DNA of 63,981 bases, filler included, from Cercozoa sp. M6MM (GCA_040357565.1; 11 parts of 11 records of this genome joined end to end with filler, not necessarily neighbours in it); one strand, 5' to 3'; positions 24,091 through 37,223 are shown, numbered from the whole stretch's first letter. Notes: generated by a model from the letters alone, not told the origin. Numbers and translations: made by a program.

Positions 24091-27000
24091 CTAGCTCGAG
24101 GTGATCTGCGACTCGACCTGCGCAATCTCCGCGGCCAGTTCAGACTTGGTCGAGATTTTCGCGACCTGGGCAGCGTTCAACTTGGTGCCCTACAGTAAAT
24201 AGAATTAATCAACGTTTGAAATCAATGTTTCCCGACACAGTCACAAAGGACAGAGAAGAAACCTCAGCCTGCTTCTGCTCCAGTTGCTCGATGGCGCGCA
24301 ATTTCTACCGACACGGCAAAAAGGTCTGCGATATCGACAAGAAACAAAGAAAGATGGGCACCTTCTTAAGCTTGCGCAGCTGCTTGGCGGGATCAAGTGT
24401 TTCCTGCGACTGCGGCTGCGGCGACTGCGGCTTCTCCTAAGTGTTCAAACGAGAGTGAAAGCACCTACGTACAAAAAACTGCTGCGGTACCTCTTGCTCC
24501 TCCTTGCGCTGACGAGCGTTCTGCTTGCGACGCTGACGTGCCTGAGACACCGCGTTGGTTTAGGTTGAAGCGGCAAAAGGTACAGCACAAGTACCAAGCG
24601 CCGAGCCTCACGCTGCGCAGCCTTCTTCTCCTGCAAAGGATGGTACAGAAAGGATGGTACAGTCAGATTGCTCCACCAGCAACAGCAACACAAAGAGGCA
24701 GGCCAACCTCATCCGAGCGCATGTCCTTCGCCTTGATTTGTCTGCCGCCGCCGCTCGCGCTCGAGCTGGCACTGGCGCTGCCGACCTTGCCGCGCAGGTG
24801 CGGCGGCACGTACGACCTCGGTGCTTCTGCCACCTTGACTGCACACACACATACACATACGCACAGACACACAGACACACAGACACACAGGGGGACACAA
24901 CACAGGCATTAAGTGTTCAATCGACAGTTGTCGTATCAACATTAGATCTGCAAGAAAACACACCAGCATCGGTACGCTTCGGACGACGCAGCGGCACCTT
25001 GGACGGGAAAACCTATGCGACCAGACAGAGAAGGACCCACATTGAGACAAAACAGCAAAGAGTCAATCAGAGGGAACAGGTACATTCGGCAGAGCCGGAC
25101 GCCACGTCACTTGGAACAGGTTCTAATCAACCAAACAGACAACACACACATGCACACATGCACACATGCAACATGAACATGCCACAGTTTGTGCTATCAG
25201 GGAAACTACATCCATGGGACGGTCGAGCAGCACGGAGCCGTCGTAGGCATGCACGCGCACGCAGTTGTCCACCATGCGAGGCAGGTGCGCACCTGAACAC
25301 ACACACACACACATGCACACATGCACGGACAAGCAGAAAGGGGATACCAGTGAGGAAGTAGCGACCACAAGGCGACCATTCGTACGTCTTGGCGCCTGCA
25401 ATCACAGAAGAAGGTCAGAATGGGTGAGCAAAAATCATCACACCGCAAAGAGGTACCGTGGTGCTCGGCAGTGCCAATAATAACCTTCTTGGACAGGTCC
25501 CAGAAGTCCATGTGGCCACTGTACGTAGAGACACGCGTCAAACAAGAAGAGCACAAGAAGTGTGACCTGAGGGAATGTACGCCATGTTGCCGAAGCCGCC
25601 GACCACGAGGAACCGACCAGTCGGCGAGAATCTCAGACTTCAAACACCAAAGTCAAAACTGGGTACAGCAGAAAAAGAAAAACTACGTGTTGCGACCGAC
25701 ACCACCCAGATTGGTCACCGGCTTGCCCTTGACAGACAAAAAAGTAGCACATAGAGACAGAGACAGAGACAGACACACAGAAACAGGGAGAACTGATACC
25801 TGTCTGACCTCGTGCAGCGTGCACTTGGTCGGGTAGCTGTACACCACACGACAATCATTCACAGAGTAAATGGAGGAGATGCAGGATGCAAAACTCATAC
25901 CCGGCAATGACAGCAAACTGGTTGCCACGCGGATCCCAGGCAACGTCCTGCAGCTTATCGGCCGGGATGCTACATGCACACACAAGGTGGAGGCACCTGA
26001 GACACAAAAGTGTCGCCACCGCAGAGAGCATGTACCACGACTGAAAGGAGCCATCCGCGTGCAGGAAGTGCACTGTTTTGCTGCCGCAATACTGGCCTGG
26101 ATCATATATATATACAGGAATTACAAGATATACTAATGTATAATGTGTATGCGCACCCGACTGCACGGCCGAGTAGGTCTTGGCGAGCAGCTTGTCACCC
26201 TGCTTGTTCCACTGGATCGTGGCCTCCTCTGCGCAGAAGAGCGCCTCGGCGCACGGCTCCGTCGGAGACGCCACTTCTTGCTGAAGCGTTAACCACACAA
26301 ATTCAACAACAGCAATAACTAAACGATGTGGAAAAATCATCGGGCACCTCGGCGAACTCGGGAATGTCGTAAACACGCAGCGAGGCACTAAACACACAAG
26401 TCTTGGTCCACACACAAGAAGGCACATCAGACGTACTCCTGTCCCTTGTACGACGGCGAGAACACGGCAAAGCGACGCTTCTCGTTGCCTACAGACACAG
26501 CAGCAAATGCACAGCACCAAAGGAGAGAGGGAAGGCAACGCACAAGGCGAGAACGAGGCGTTGGTGCACTTGGGCACCGAGTAGTTCACACGGCAGCGTC
26601 GGAAGTCGCCGTCAGCAAAGATGAGAACCTTGTCATTTCCGACGCGCAGCGCAAGCTTCTCGTCGCTCGAGAACACAACGACCGGCCTGGATACGTACAG
26701 GATTTCGTCAAACTCTAACCGACTCACACACGAAGCAGCAGCAGGTACCACAAGTCCTTCATCAGACCGTAGTAGTGCCACGACTGCAGCAACTCGCACT
26801 CGCCTTCTTGGCTAAAACACAAACACACACACACACACATACAGAAAAAGAAGCGTTCTATCAGATGAAAAATTCAACGGTACACGACCTTCCAGACGCA
26901 CAGACCGCCATCAGGCAAGAGCCACTTGCCACCCTCGAGTTTCTTGTTCATCGAGTACGTGACCTAGCAAGCAAAAACACTTTCCGCCAGGCCGGATGTT

Positions 27001-27488
27001 CGATACGCAAACTAAAGTGCACCAAGTAAGTGCCATTGGGCGAGAAGTGCGCAAGTCGAACGTCCTTGAACGGCACAACGCACTTGACCGTGTTGGTCAA
27101 AACGTCCACCACATCCGTATGCTTCAGACAAAAACGCGGATTTCACAAAACAAGCTTAAACAAGAACCCAAGATACCGTAGGATGCGAAATGGCCAAAAG
27201 GTTGCCATCGGGCGAGAACACACTCACGTGCGACACCTGCAACGCTCACGAAAATCAAAGGCGATGACATGTCAGGAAAACTAATCGCACCTCGAGCGGC
27301 TCGGTCTCCGTGTGGCCCTGCAGGTCGTCATTCTCACACTCCAGCTTTAGGAGCGAGTAGCCCTGCTTGGCACGCGCTACAAACGCAAAATTAAATCAAC
27401 GGAAAGCTACCGCGCGGAACAGTCGAGTAAATTGTGAGATGCAGGAATACGTACCCAGAAGCATACGCGTCGGAAGCTCGCTTGACAT
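24091..27488 (-). CDS. EIF2A: Eukaryotic translation initiation factor 2A
   Basis: Motifs QDVAWDPRGNQFAVIAGYP, GFGNM.GHMDFWD, YEWSPCGRYFLT, PRMVDN, YVPPHLR, and a C-terminal coiled coil ending LNAAQVAKI... Confidence 0.9.
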
Positions 27489-27722
27489 TTGTGCCAGAAG
27501 ACACACAGATACACGCTACACAGACCCGTGGATTGTGAGGGTTCAGTTTCGATTGTCTCGAGTTGGTCGGCTCGAGGAATGTCGAGCCGACCAGCGACGA
27601 CTCAGAAAGCAAAAGCGTTGCCAAGAGTGCTGTCAGTGTGTGCAGGGTGCTGGCAGTGTGTGTGAGTGCCCGTAGCAGAGATTAAAAGTGTAGTTAGTGA
27701 TTCCTGAGCGATTGTGGCGGCA

Positions 27723-28335
27723 ATGTCGTCGCGACGGCTGGCGTTGCAGCGGCGTGCCAAGCAGCGACGCGTGGCTTTGCTGGCGGCGGCACAGGCGAAC
27801 GAGCAGGCGGTAGTGCGCTCTTCAAATTGAGTGGTCTGCCGTTGCTCAGCTCGAGGTATTGGGCAGGTGGCAGAGGAGCGCGAGGGCAGGCGCGACGAGT
27901 GGCGAGTGGCGCTGTCGATTCACGACGACACCGACGACAAGGACGACGACGACAAGGAGGGCGACGACGAAGATGATGTGCCTCTTTTGTCTGACTGTGT
28001 GGGTCTGTGTATGTATATATATATGTATACATATAAATATATATGTATATGTCTACATGTGTGTGTCTACAGTCGGAGGCAGTGTTCAACGCGGCCTTCT
28101 TCCCGTCGCTGCAGGAGGGCGACGTCGTGGCCCTCATCGTCGACGCTGCGCACGCCAACGGCGGCAACAGCGGCGACGCCGACGACGAGACGCCGCGGTA
28201 TTTTACCCCCCATCTTACCCCCCATCTTACCCCCATCTTTCCCCCCATCTTACCCCTCTGTGTGGCGACAGCGACTCGGCCGAGTTGTTGCTGAAAGTGA
28301 CTCGACTGCAGACTGGCGTTTCTGGCACTGTACTT
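27723..28335 (+). CDS. DEPDC5: GATOR1 subunit DEPDC5/Iml1, N-terminal part
   Basis: ALSIHDD...SEAVFNAAFFPSLQEGDVVALI...LLLKV matches the Iml1 N-terminal pattern (LxxH, NxxxFP, GDvv, lllkV). Confidence 0.65.
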
Positions 28336-28435
28336 NNNNNNNNNNNNNNNNNNNNNNNNNNNNNNNNNNNNNNNNNNNNTTAATTAATTAANNNNNNNNN
28401 NNNNNNNNNNNNNNNNNNNNNNNNNNNNNNNNNNN

Positions 28436-28872
28436 CCCCCAAAACCTCATCGCGATGCGGCCGGAAGACGACCATGCGAAATTCGACTTTAATGTGCGCC
28501 GCGCCGTCGCCTGCCGGGAGCGGGGGGGGGGGGGGGTAAAGGGAAGGGTAAGGGTAAAGAGGTAAACCCACCTCAGGGGCACCAATGTCGTCAAAGCCGT
28601 TCAAGCAGATACACAGACCTGCGACACAAACGCACAGTTCCACAGACGCACACATAACTGAAATGTCTGTACCCAGTTCGGGCAGCACCTTGTTAATGTA
28701 CTTGCGCTGCAGCTTCTCGCACAGCTCGGCACTACACAAGCAAGGAATAACTGCAGCAACATCTGTGCCTCACGGCAGAGGGTTAGAGTGCGCCATCACA
28801 CCGGAAGTTGTCCATCTCGAACTCCTGTGGATTGAGCCGCAGGCGGTCCGCCATGCGCATCTCGACAAACAT
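28436..28872 (-). CDS. POLR3H: RNA polymerase III subunit RPC8/RPC25, 5' part
   Basis: MFVEMRMADRLRLNP...KYINKVLPELGLCICL...GDGAAHIKVEFRMVVFRPHRDEVL. Confidence 0.92.
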
Positions 28873-29145
28873 CGTTCCTGCGCTCTCTTTTTCGGTTTCG
28901 CTACGTGTCGCCACTATTAAAACGTGCTCGAGCACTCCGCAAGCACGTTCTCCCTCACGATTGCTACTACACTGCACCCTTAACAGCACCAGATTGTGCT
29001 GCTAGTCCCACTTTGTACAAAACATTAAAATAACCTTCGGAGGACTGGCAAGGCACGCAAGCGCGCTCAAGCACCTGATCCCGTGTCTTTGACGCTAGTG
29101 AAACTTCCTGACCAACTGCTTGCTGACCGGTAGTGCTGCTCGTCT

Positions 29146-30110
29146 ATGATTGCGATCGATCGTGCTGTTGCAATCTTTGATGCTCTTGCTGTTTCTGGGT
29201 TGCTTTGGCCGAAGCGGTTCTGTGACAACTGCGGTCTCCGAGAAAGACTTTGAATTGCTGTGTTGGGTAGAACGACAGCGCGGCAACAAGTAAAAGCAAA
29301 GCTGTTCCCAAACCGCCCCTGACGGGACCCAAGAAACAGACACACAACCTCGTGTCGAAAGAGAAAATCCGTTTTGCCCCTGTGCGGCGTAGTGTATGCC
29401 ACTTCTGTGTCATCGCAACAAACAAGGCTACCCTGTCTCCTGGCTGTTGATCTTTATCATCATCTGCAACATCGGCATCTGGAGTGTCGGCACCAACTAC
29501 CCGTCGTCTGCGCACCGCTACTTCGTCGTTAACACTGTAGCTTTGCCGTCCCTTTACCCTTGCTTTACCCCCTTCACTCCCCTCCGCCACTATCCTTTAT
29601 CCCCTTTAACCTTCCTGTTATCTCATTAACCCCCCCCCCCCCCATTTACCCCTCCCCTCGCCTCAGCACAACTTCGCGTCGGCAGCCTGCGTCAGCGGGA
29701 GCTCTTGCTCGCCGGACTACCCGCTCACGCAGGTACCTTCCCCCTTCCTACTTCTCTTTTTTTACCTCACCTTCTGTTCCCTTTTATCCTCCCCCCCCCC
29801 CCTCTCTGCAGGTGGCGACCTTGGCTTCGTACTTTGCGTCGCTGTCGCTACTGCTACCGGTAGCTGTTGTACCCCTCCCCCACTCCCCTCTTTGTTTCCC
29901 CCCCCCCCCGGCAGACCTCACTCTCGGGCGCTCTCGTTGCCTGTGCGGCCGTTGTTGTGCCGCTGCTGTTGTCGCTTCTCACACGACAACTCGAACTACG
30001 CTGGCGCTTCGCTTGTACTTCCCCACCCCTTAGCCCCTTAGCCCTTAGCCCCTTAGCCCCTTAGCACGTTACCGTCTTTTGGCGGCCCCCCCCCCCAGGC
30101 AACCTAAAGC
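29146..30110 (+). CDS. Hypothetical multi-pass membrane protein
   Basis: Hydrophobic exons (VSWLLIFIIICNIGIWSV; ALVACAAVVVPLLLSLL) separated by C-rich GT-AG introns; ends approximate. Confidence 0.5.
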
Positions 30111-30207
30111 GAGAAACAGCGGCGGAAAAAGTCGGCGCGCCGAGCGAGAAAAACAAAGACTCGCGGCACCAGCGCACGCACTTTTTGGGCGGCCGTCTGG
30201 CACGCAC

Positions 30208-31372
30208 ATGTTCTTCGATCCGCTCGCCCTTGATGGAGCGCCCGGTAGCCTTACTTAAGGGGCTACATCTCCACAATTAAGGGGGCTACTCCATAATTAT
30301 GGGGGCTACTCCATAATTAAGGGGGCTACTCCATAATTATGGGGGCTACTCCATAATTAAGGGGGCTACTCCATAATTATGGGGGCTACATGTACATATT
30401 GTTAAGGGGGCAAGGGGGTACATATGCTTTATTAAGCTAAGCCACTGTTTCTCAGATGACGGCAGTTTGGACGCGTTCGATGTGCTAGGCGACGCGTCCT
30501 CTTCGCTCCTCTTCGTATCCTCCCCTACCCTTACCCTCTTACCCCTACCCCTGCCCCTACCCCTCGCCCCACTTGCCCCCTTTCCCCCCCCCCCCCCCCC
30601 TCCCCGGTCTCAGGGAGGAGCGAGCGACGGCGCGGACATTCCGCTGCTGTCGCAGGCGGTCTCGGAGGCCGCCGCCGACCTGTCGGCCCTGCCCGCGGGG
30701 ACAGTCGAGAGCCTGTCCGCCGGGAGCCTGTCCGCCGGTACGGACAGTGATGCCGACAGCGACCACGGCGGCGTCCGAGACACCGCCATTACTAGCACAC
30801 CCAACAACAACAACTACAACAACAGCAACAACTACTACACTGACCAGAAAAACAACAAGACTGACAACGAAAAACAACAAGAACTCGGCAAACGCTCGCG
30901 TACTGCGCACTGCGGTAGCCTGCTGTTTAACCCCGGGGGGGGGGGGGGGGGGGGGGGGGGGCGGCGGGGGTCGAGGCAGAGCGCGAGATGGCGCGGCCGA
31001 AAAAGCGAAACAAAACGAACGACGACGAAACGCGGCGGCAGCGCCTGGCGCGCAAGGTGTGTGGCTCCCCCCTCCCCTCCCACCCCCCCTTTCCCCCCCC
31101 CCCCGCAGGCCGAGTTGGCGCGTCTGCGGCGGCGGCGCAAGAAGGCGCGTCTCGACGACCTCGAGAGCGAGAACGCGTCGCTAGCGGCGCAAGTGGCCGC
31201 GCTGCGCCTGCGCCTGCGCGTCGTGCGCGCCGAAAACAACAAGGAAAACAACAACAACGATCCCAAAAGCAACAAGGAAAACAACAAGGAACACAGCGAC
31301 GGCGAGGACGATCTTGAGAGTGTTCTGAGTGCTGTGCGACGCATGTGGTTCCGCTCGCGCGATCAGGTGTTT

Positions 31373-31412
<40 letters not shown>

Positions 31413-31947
31413 NNNNNNNNNNNNNNNNNNNNNNNNNNNNNNNNNNNNNNNNNNNNNNNNNNNNNNNNNNNNNNNNNNNNNNNNNNNNNNNNNNNNNNNN
31501 NNNNNNNNNNNNCCCCCCCCCCTCATGTTTTTGTGTAATGTATGTGATGTGTAGATGCAGACGAGATGCAGGAGACCCCTGTGGTATTACACATGTATTT
31601 TTATATGTAGGTGTAGGTGTACGATATATGCGTAGCCGCCGAAAGGTCGCACGCCGCCGGTGTCGCCGCAGCCGTACTTCCTGTCGCCGCAGCAGTCGCT
31701 GGCGCCGATGCCGCCGGTGTCCGTGTCGCCGATGCCCTCTCCCTCAGGCTACGCCATGCCTGTGAACTACCTGCACATGGGCATGCCGCCGCAACAACAA
31801 CAACAACAGCATCAACAACAACAACAGCAGCAGTACTTGCACATGTACGCTGCCTACGTGCAACAACAGCAACAACAACAGCGACAGTATCAGCAGTATC
31901 AGCTGCAGCAGGCAATGCGCGTGTCGCGAGCGACAACCCCACCTTGA
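30208..31947 (+). CDS. bZIP transcription factor with atypical basic region and Q/P-rich tail
   Basis: RRQRLARK|AELARLRRRRKKARLDDLESENASLAAQVAALRLRL gives a basic region plus leucine heptads; poly-Q C-terminus. Confidence 0.8.
30255..30390. repeat. 20-nt minisatellite (GGGGGCTACTCCATAATTAW) in intron 1 of the bZIP gene
   Basis: About 6 tandem copies visible. Confidence 0.92.
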
Positions 31948-32367
31948 CGTTGGGCTTACGTTCCGTTCATTGTATTGCTCGTCGCGTCAAGTGCGACGCT
32001 AGTTAGTTACTTCAGTCTATTTCGACACTAGAGTCTAGGTCGGTCTACGCTACCTAGAAAGCGGCGCCAGATCGATCTGCAGGGCCAAGCGGAGGCGCGG
32101 GAACCATTCTTCCGAGATACTTAGTCTCCATGCCACAATCGTCCTCTACTGGGGCACGGACGGCCTTGACGGGCGCACGCGTTGACAGAAGACTTGGCAG
32201 TGTGTACGAGGCTAATGGCAGCCTCATCTGCGGGTGTGGGTAAAACCTGATTCTACCATTACCCAGTACTAATGTAAACTTGGCTGATCAAGTAGCCAGC
32301 GCAGCTATTATGCGATGCGATGGCAGCTACGTTGTCGGTTTTCGTTTCAGTTTTCGTTTTTGAATTT

Positions 32368-32711
32368 TCAATGATGTCCAAAGAAGTGCAGGAACAACAG
32401 CAACGGCACCAATCCCTAAAACACAGCAACGTAATCAACACAGGGTGCAGATTCACGCACGGCATGCATATGCCAATCGTACGAGAAGAAAGGCGGTGGC
32501 CAATCGAAAACGTGTGCGATGGCCGCTGCCATGCGAATGGTGGAGTGCCTAGTGAATTACACATAGCGGATATCAATGGAGAGTAGATAGAAGTCAACAA
32601 TCAAAGAAAACATACCTCGCCATGCTCGCCGGCATGACCGCCCATGCTGAGGTGCTCAGCGTGCAGCACACACGGCAGCAAGTCGGCCAACGCGACGTAG
32701 AGGAAAAGCCC
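32368..32711 (-). CDS. ZIP (SLC39) metal transporter, 3' part
   Basis: GLFLYVALADLLP motif, His-rich loop (HSHGSGH), final TM helix TAFLLGLVPLLLFLHFFGHH*. Confidence 0.75.
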
Positions 32712-32746
32712 TACTCTCGTATTTAAATACATCCGATATGAGCCAC

Positions 32747-32794
<48 letters not shown>

Positions 32795-32894
32795 NNNNNN
32801 NNNNNNNNNNNNNNNNNNNNNNNNNNNNNNNNNNNNNNTTAATTAATTAANNNNNNNNNNNNNNNNNNNNNNNNNNNNNNNNNNNNNNNNNNNN

Positions 32895-33260
32895 ACCATT
32901 GGGTGGGCCATCAACTACGTGTTGAAACGGGCCTATTTCGCTTGGAAGCGCACTGTCTCGAGCTCTACGAATAAAACGACGAAGACAGTCACTGGCAAGC
33001 TTTCGCACTTGGCTTCGAACTTGAAAGCAGAGAAAAGAATGATGACGAAACCGAAGCTGTCTTCCATCGCCACCGAGACACCGCTGGCGAAGCCCAAGAA
33101 GCTGAGTAACACCGTTCAGCGACATTGCAGTGCATGCAACATGGATGGCCATACCGAAGAGACATGCTTTACACGGTTTCCTCACAAGGCTCCTCCGCGT
33201 TTGCGACGTTACTACCTTGAAAAGAACAAGCAACTCAAAGATGCTCGGTATCGGCGATGA
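32895..33260 (+). CDS. gag: Gag C-terminus with CCHC zinc knuckle
   Basis: CSACNMDGHTEETC (CX2CX4HX4C). Confidence 0.85.
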   Translation, partial: TIGWAINYVLKRAYFAWKRTVSSSTNKTTKTVTGKLSHLASNLKAEKRMMTKPKLSSIATETPLAKPKKLSNTVQRHCSACNMDGHTEETCFTRFPHKAPPRLRRYYLEKNKQLKDARYRR

Positions 33261-36200
33261 ACCGGAAAAGGAAGGCTCTGCGACATCACTTCACTTTATT
33301 AACGGTGAGGAACACGAAGCCGACAAGATTGTCACTTCCTTTGCTTTCCGAGCATCGCTAGGTGACGCGGAATCACCACTTGAAGTATTGTTCGACACGG
33401 GTGCTAGGATCACGCGCCACGATTTCCTGCTCGAACAGGGAGCCTATCAAGTGTTGCGAAATTCTGGAAAGATTGGTCGCTTCGATCCGTTGCCCCCGCA
33501 AGCACAAACAAGTGTCATTGTGAGCGGAAAACACGAAGGTGCGAAGAATGCGATTCCAATTCTGGGCGAACTCTCGACATCTGTCACCCTTACCGACAAG
33601 GAAGAAAGAAAGCATACTCTCTCCTGTCGAGTGGCAGTGATCGAAGACTTGAACGCAACACAAGAAGCCGTTGCAACCCAGAGGTTTATGCTCCGGCATC
33701 ACATCTCAATGCACCTATGTCGTCGAAGTGGTTGCCTTGAGTTCAAGAAACATGGCTTCGTAGTGCCGTTCTTGCCTGCTGAGAATGCCTACAATTCGAA
33801 GCGGCAATCCTGTCATGCACTCGGTCTTCTTCCTGTCGTGTCTGCTACTTGCGCTGCCTCGACAGTTGTCAAAATACCTCCGCGCAATTTGGTGAAGTTG
33901 CCTATTTCTTTTGACATTGAAGCCTTTCCTGAGTCAGCTACGACAGTTGCTTTTGAACCCTCTGCATCGCTCTTTCCGCAAGTATCTGAGGTGCCAAGTC
34001 TGATGCTCCTCGACCTGCAAAAGCACAAGAAAGACGCTGTCTTCGCTCTACCACTACTGAACAGTTCTCAGGATGTTCTTGAACTGTCTCCAGGAGACTC
34101 AATCGGGAAAGTCGAGTGCTTCTTCTCTGAAGACCACGAACTGGTGTATTCCAATGACGATCTGTCCCCTCGCGCCTCGACGACGGACCTCGACTGGCGC
34201 TTTGGAGTTCCCGAGTCTCTTCGTGATATCTTGTCCGCATCGATCTTTGAACAGTTGAAAAAAGACATGCGGTCCGCTCACACCATTTGCAGTCAAGACA
34301 AACACTGGCAGACCGACTACAAAACGGGTTTAGAGCAACTGAACAAGGTCAAGCTTGGTGATCATTTGGTCGCAGAGCAAAAGAGTCAACTCCGTTCACT
34401 CTTAAAGCAGTTTGCTGAAGTCTTTTCGTTTCCTCGCACGATGTATACGAAGCCCGCGCATGTTGAAATGAAAGCAGATGCAAAACCTTCGGTGGTGAAA
34501 CCTCGATTCCGATCACCTAAAGTTGAAGCTCTGGCAGACAAGCTCTTCGAACAATATCTTGAGGAAGGAGTAGCCAAGCACATCTTGAGTCCATGGCTAA
34601 GCGAAAACGTGTACGTCCGAAAACACGATGGTTCTATTCGGGCATGCACCGACTACTCAACGTTGGTGAATCCACAAACAAAGCCAATGAGCTGCGTAAT
34701 TCCCCGCTCGCGTGACATCTTTGCAGCCATGTCGCATTTCTCCATTATGTTCCGTCTTGATGCGACAAGAGGTTTCTGGCAAGTTCCGATTGACGAAGCT
34801 TCACAAGAAATTTTCGCCTTTCGAACTCGCAGGGGGCCATTGACGTGGACTCGTCTCCCCTTTGGGTGGGTGAATAGTCCGATGGTCTTCCAAGAGATCA
34901 TGAACACCACCTTCTCCGAGCTACTTTGGAACTCTCTTTTCATCTACATCGACGATATCATTGGTGGAGCCAGCTCTTTCGATCAACTGCTAGCAAGGCT
35001 GTATCAAGTGTTTACGCGTTGTCGACGAGTTCGACTTCGGTTGAACCCAACGAAGTGTGCTCTTGCAGTTTTGTCTACCGAAATATTGGGCTTTCGGATT
35101 GACCTGCGGCAAGGCACGCGATCGATTAGCCCTGCTCGCGTCGACGCCATCAGCAACTTGCAGTCACCCACGAACAAATCAGAAGTCAGGTCCGCTTTGG
35201 GCGCCTTCACATTCTTCCGTGACTTCATCGACAAATTCTCTGACATTGCGCTGCCACTCACGCACCTATTGCGTGACAACACTACATTCTCATGGTCAGA
35301 AGTCGAGCAAGTCGCCTTTGATGCACTCAAAAGGTCGTTAATCGCAGCACCAGTCTTGTCACTACCCCGTTCCGATCTCCCATTTGTTCTCGCTTTCGAC
35401 GCAAGCGACACCGCAACGGGCTATGTCCTCATGCAACATCACGAGGACGATCGTTTTCACCCCTGTGCATTCGGCTCTCGAAAATTCAATGCGACACAAC
35501 TGAACTGGCCTGTTGAGGAGAAAGAACTGTTTTCCCTCGTCTCCGCTACTCGTGAGCACCGACCTCTCCTCATAGCTTCTCCTTTCGTGGCACTTACCGA
35601 CAATCGAAACCTCATGTGTCGAGCCGTGAAGAAAACCTCCAAGTTGGCAAGATGGGACTGTGAGCTCGCAGACTTTCGCTTCACCCTCTTGCACGTTCCT
35701 GGAAAGTATAACGTCATCCCAGATGCACTTTCGCGACTACCTTCAATTTCACTGCCCTTTACAGAGGCAGAAATTCTGCCTTGGATCGGACCGGAAGATG
35801 ATTCCTTTTCTTTCTCGGTGCCCTCAACCACTTTGTGTGACAGGCCTACCCACGAAGTGATTGGTCGCTTGTGTGACACTCTCCACCAAGGAAGAGTGAG
35901 CAAAGATCCTCAACTGTTCGAGCTTCCCTCTGTCGAAGAAATCGCTGAAACCCAGAAGGAAGACCCGCGCTTGAAACTTGTCATTGCACATCTCTCGGAC
36001 CCTGAAGCCCATGACTTTGATACGCTTCCAGAGAACCTTCGACCCTTTGTCTCAAGGTTTCTTATCCAAGGAGAAGAACAGACTTTGTTCCTTCGTAATG
36101 ACAAGGACGTCATTGTTCGCGTGGTGCCTCAGGAACTACAGTACTCTGTGCTGCACTATCTACATGACTCTCCGTTTGGCGCTCACGTGGGAAACCCCAA

Positions 36201-37223
36201 GTTAATCTCTGCTCTCGAACAACGTTTTTGGTGGCCTTCAATGCGCCGAGATGCACGAGAATTCGTCAAAACGTGCGTCACTTGTCAACTGCAGAAGTCC
36301 AGCACTCACCGTTCTTCAGTTCCTCTCAAGTCGTTCATTGCGATACGTCCATTCCAAATCATTGGGATTGACCTGGTGGGACCGCTTCCTACGGACGAAG
36401 AAGGACACCGTTGGATCTTCGTCTGTATCGACAAGTTCAGTCGCTTCACCGAAGCTCTCCCCATGAAAACAACAACTGCGGAAGATATCGCCAAGATTAT
36501 TGTGCCTATCTTTCTTCGCTATGGCATTCCATCTTCGGTTCTTTCTGACCGAGACCCGCGCTTTCTCTCGTCTATCTTTGAAGAAATCTCGAAAATCCTG
36601 CATGTCAAGACGCTTCGAACAACCGCGTATCACCCGCAATGCAACGGCGTGACCGAGCGCTTCAACAGGTTCTTGAGCACCTCCCTTGCAATGTTAACAC
36701 GACAATTCAACGAAGAAGATATCCACACTTGGCCAACCCTGCTTCCATTGATTACCTTTGCCTACAACACAACCGAGAACTTTGCGACGAAATTCACTCC
36801 TTTTGAATTGGTGTTTGGGCGAAAACCTCGATTACCAGCCGAAACTGAAGCTTTCACACCTGGCCTCAACTTGCCAGACTCTTCCAAGGATTTTATCAAG
36901 CACCTTCGCAAAGATCTACGTCGCTTGCAAGAACTCGCGAACAAAAATCAACGCGAATACGCAAAACGATACTCTCCTGACACCATCGGCAACGAAAAGC
37001 ACCTTTTCTTGTCCGGCGACATGGTATTGCGCTCGATTTCGAAAGTCCCACCATCTGTAGGACTACCTCGCGGAACTAAGAAGTTTTTACCACGTTGGGA
37101 TGGCCCTTGGATTATCGTCAAACGGATGCCCAATGGAGTCAATTATCGGGCAACCAACGGCAACAACGAAACACGGGTACTTAACGTTCGCGAAATCAAG
37201 CCCTACTTCGGAGAAGACGCTTC
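33130..37223 (+). CDS. pol: Pol polyprotein (PR-RT-RNaseH-IN), uninterrupted, 3' end at gap
   Basis: LFDTGA protease; LDATRGFWQ, LPFG, YIDD RT; DAS/EKE/TDN RNase H; H-H-C-C and D,D,E integrase (GIDLVGP, SDRD, ERFN); GPW C-terminal motif. Confidence 0.97.

Larger units (their letters stand above)
32895..37223 (+). mobile_element. Ty3/Gypsy LTR retrotransposon internal region (LTRs not in the contig)
   Basis: Intron-free; domain order gag zinc knuckle, protease, RT, RNase H, integrase. Confidence 0.96.

Noticed and set aside
28505-28575. Possible GT-CG intron in RPC8 (would give APELPAGDG, better spacing)
   Set aside because: An in-frame GT-AG solution exists (APEVGDG), and the site abuts a long G homopolymer prone to sequencing error; it cannot be supported without reads
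33373-37142. Antisense and alternate-frame ORFs within pol
   Set aside because: These are shadow ORFs of the long retrotransposon frame with no motifs
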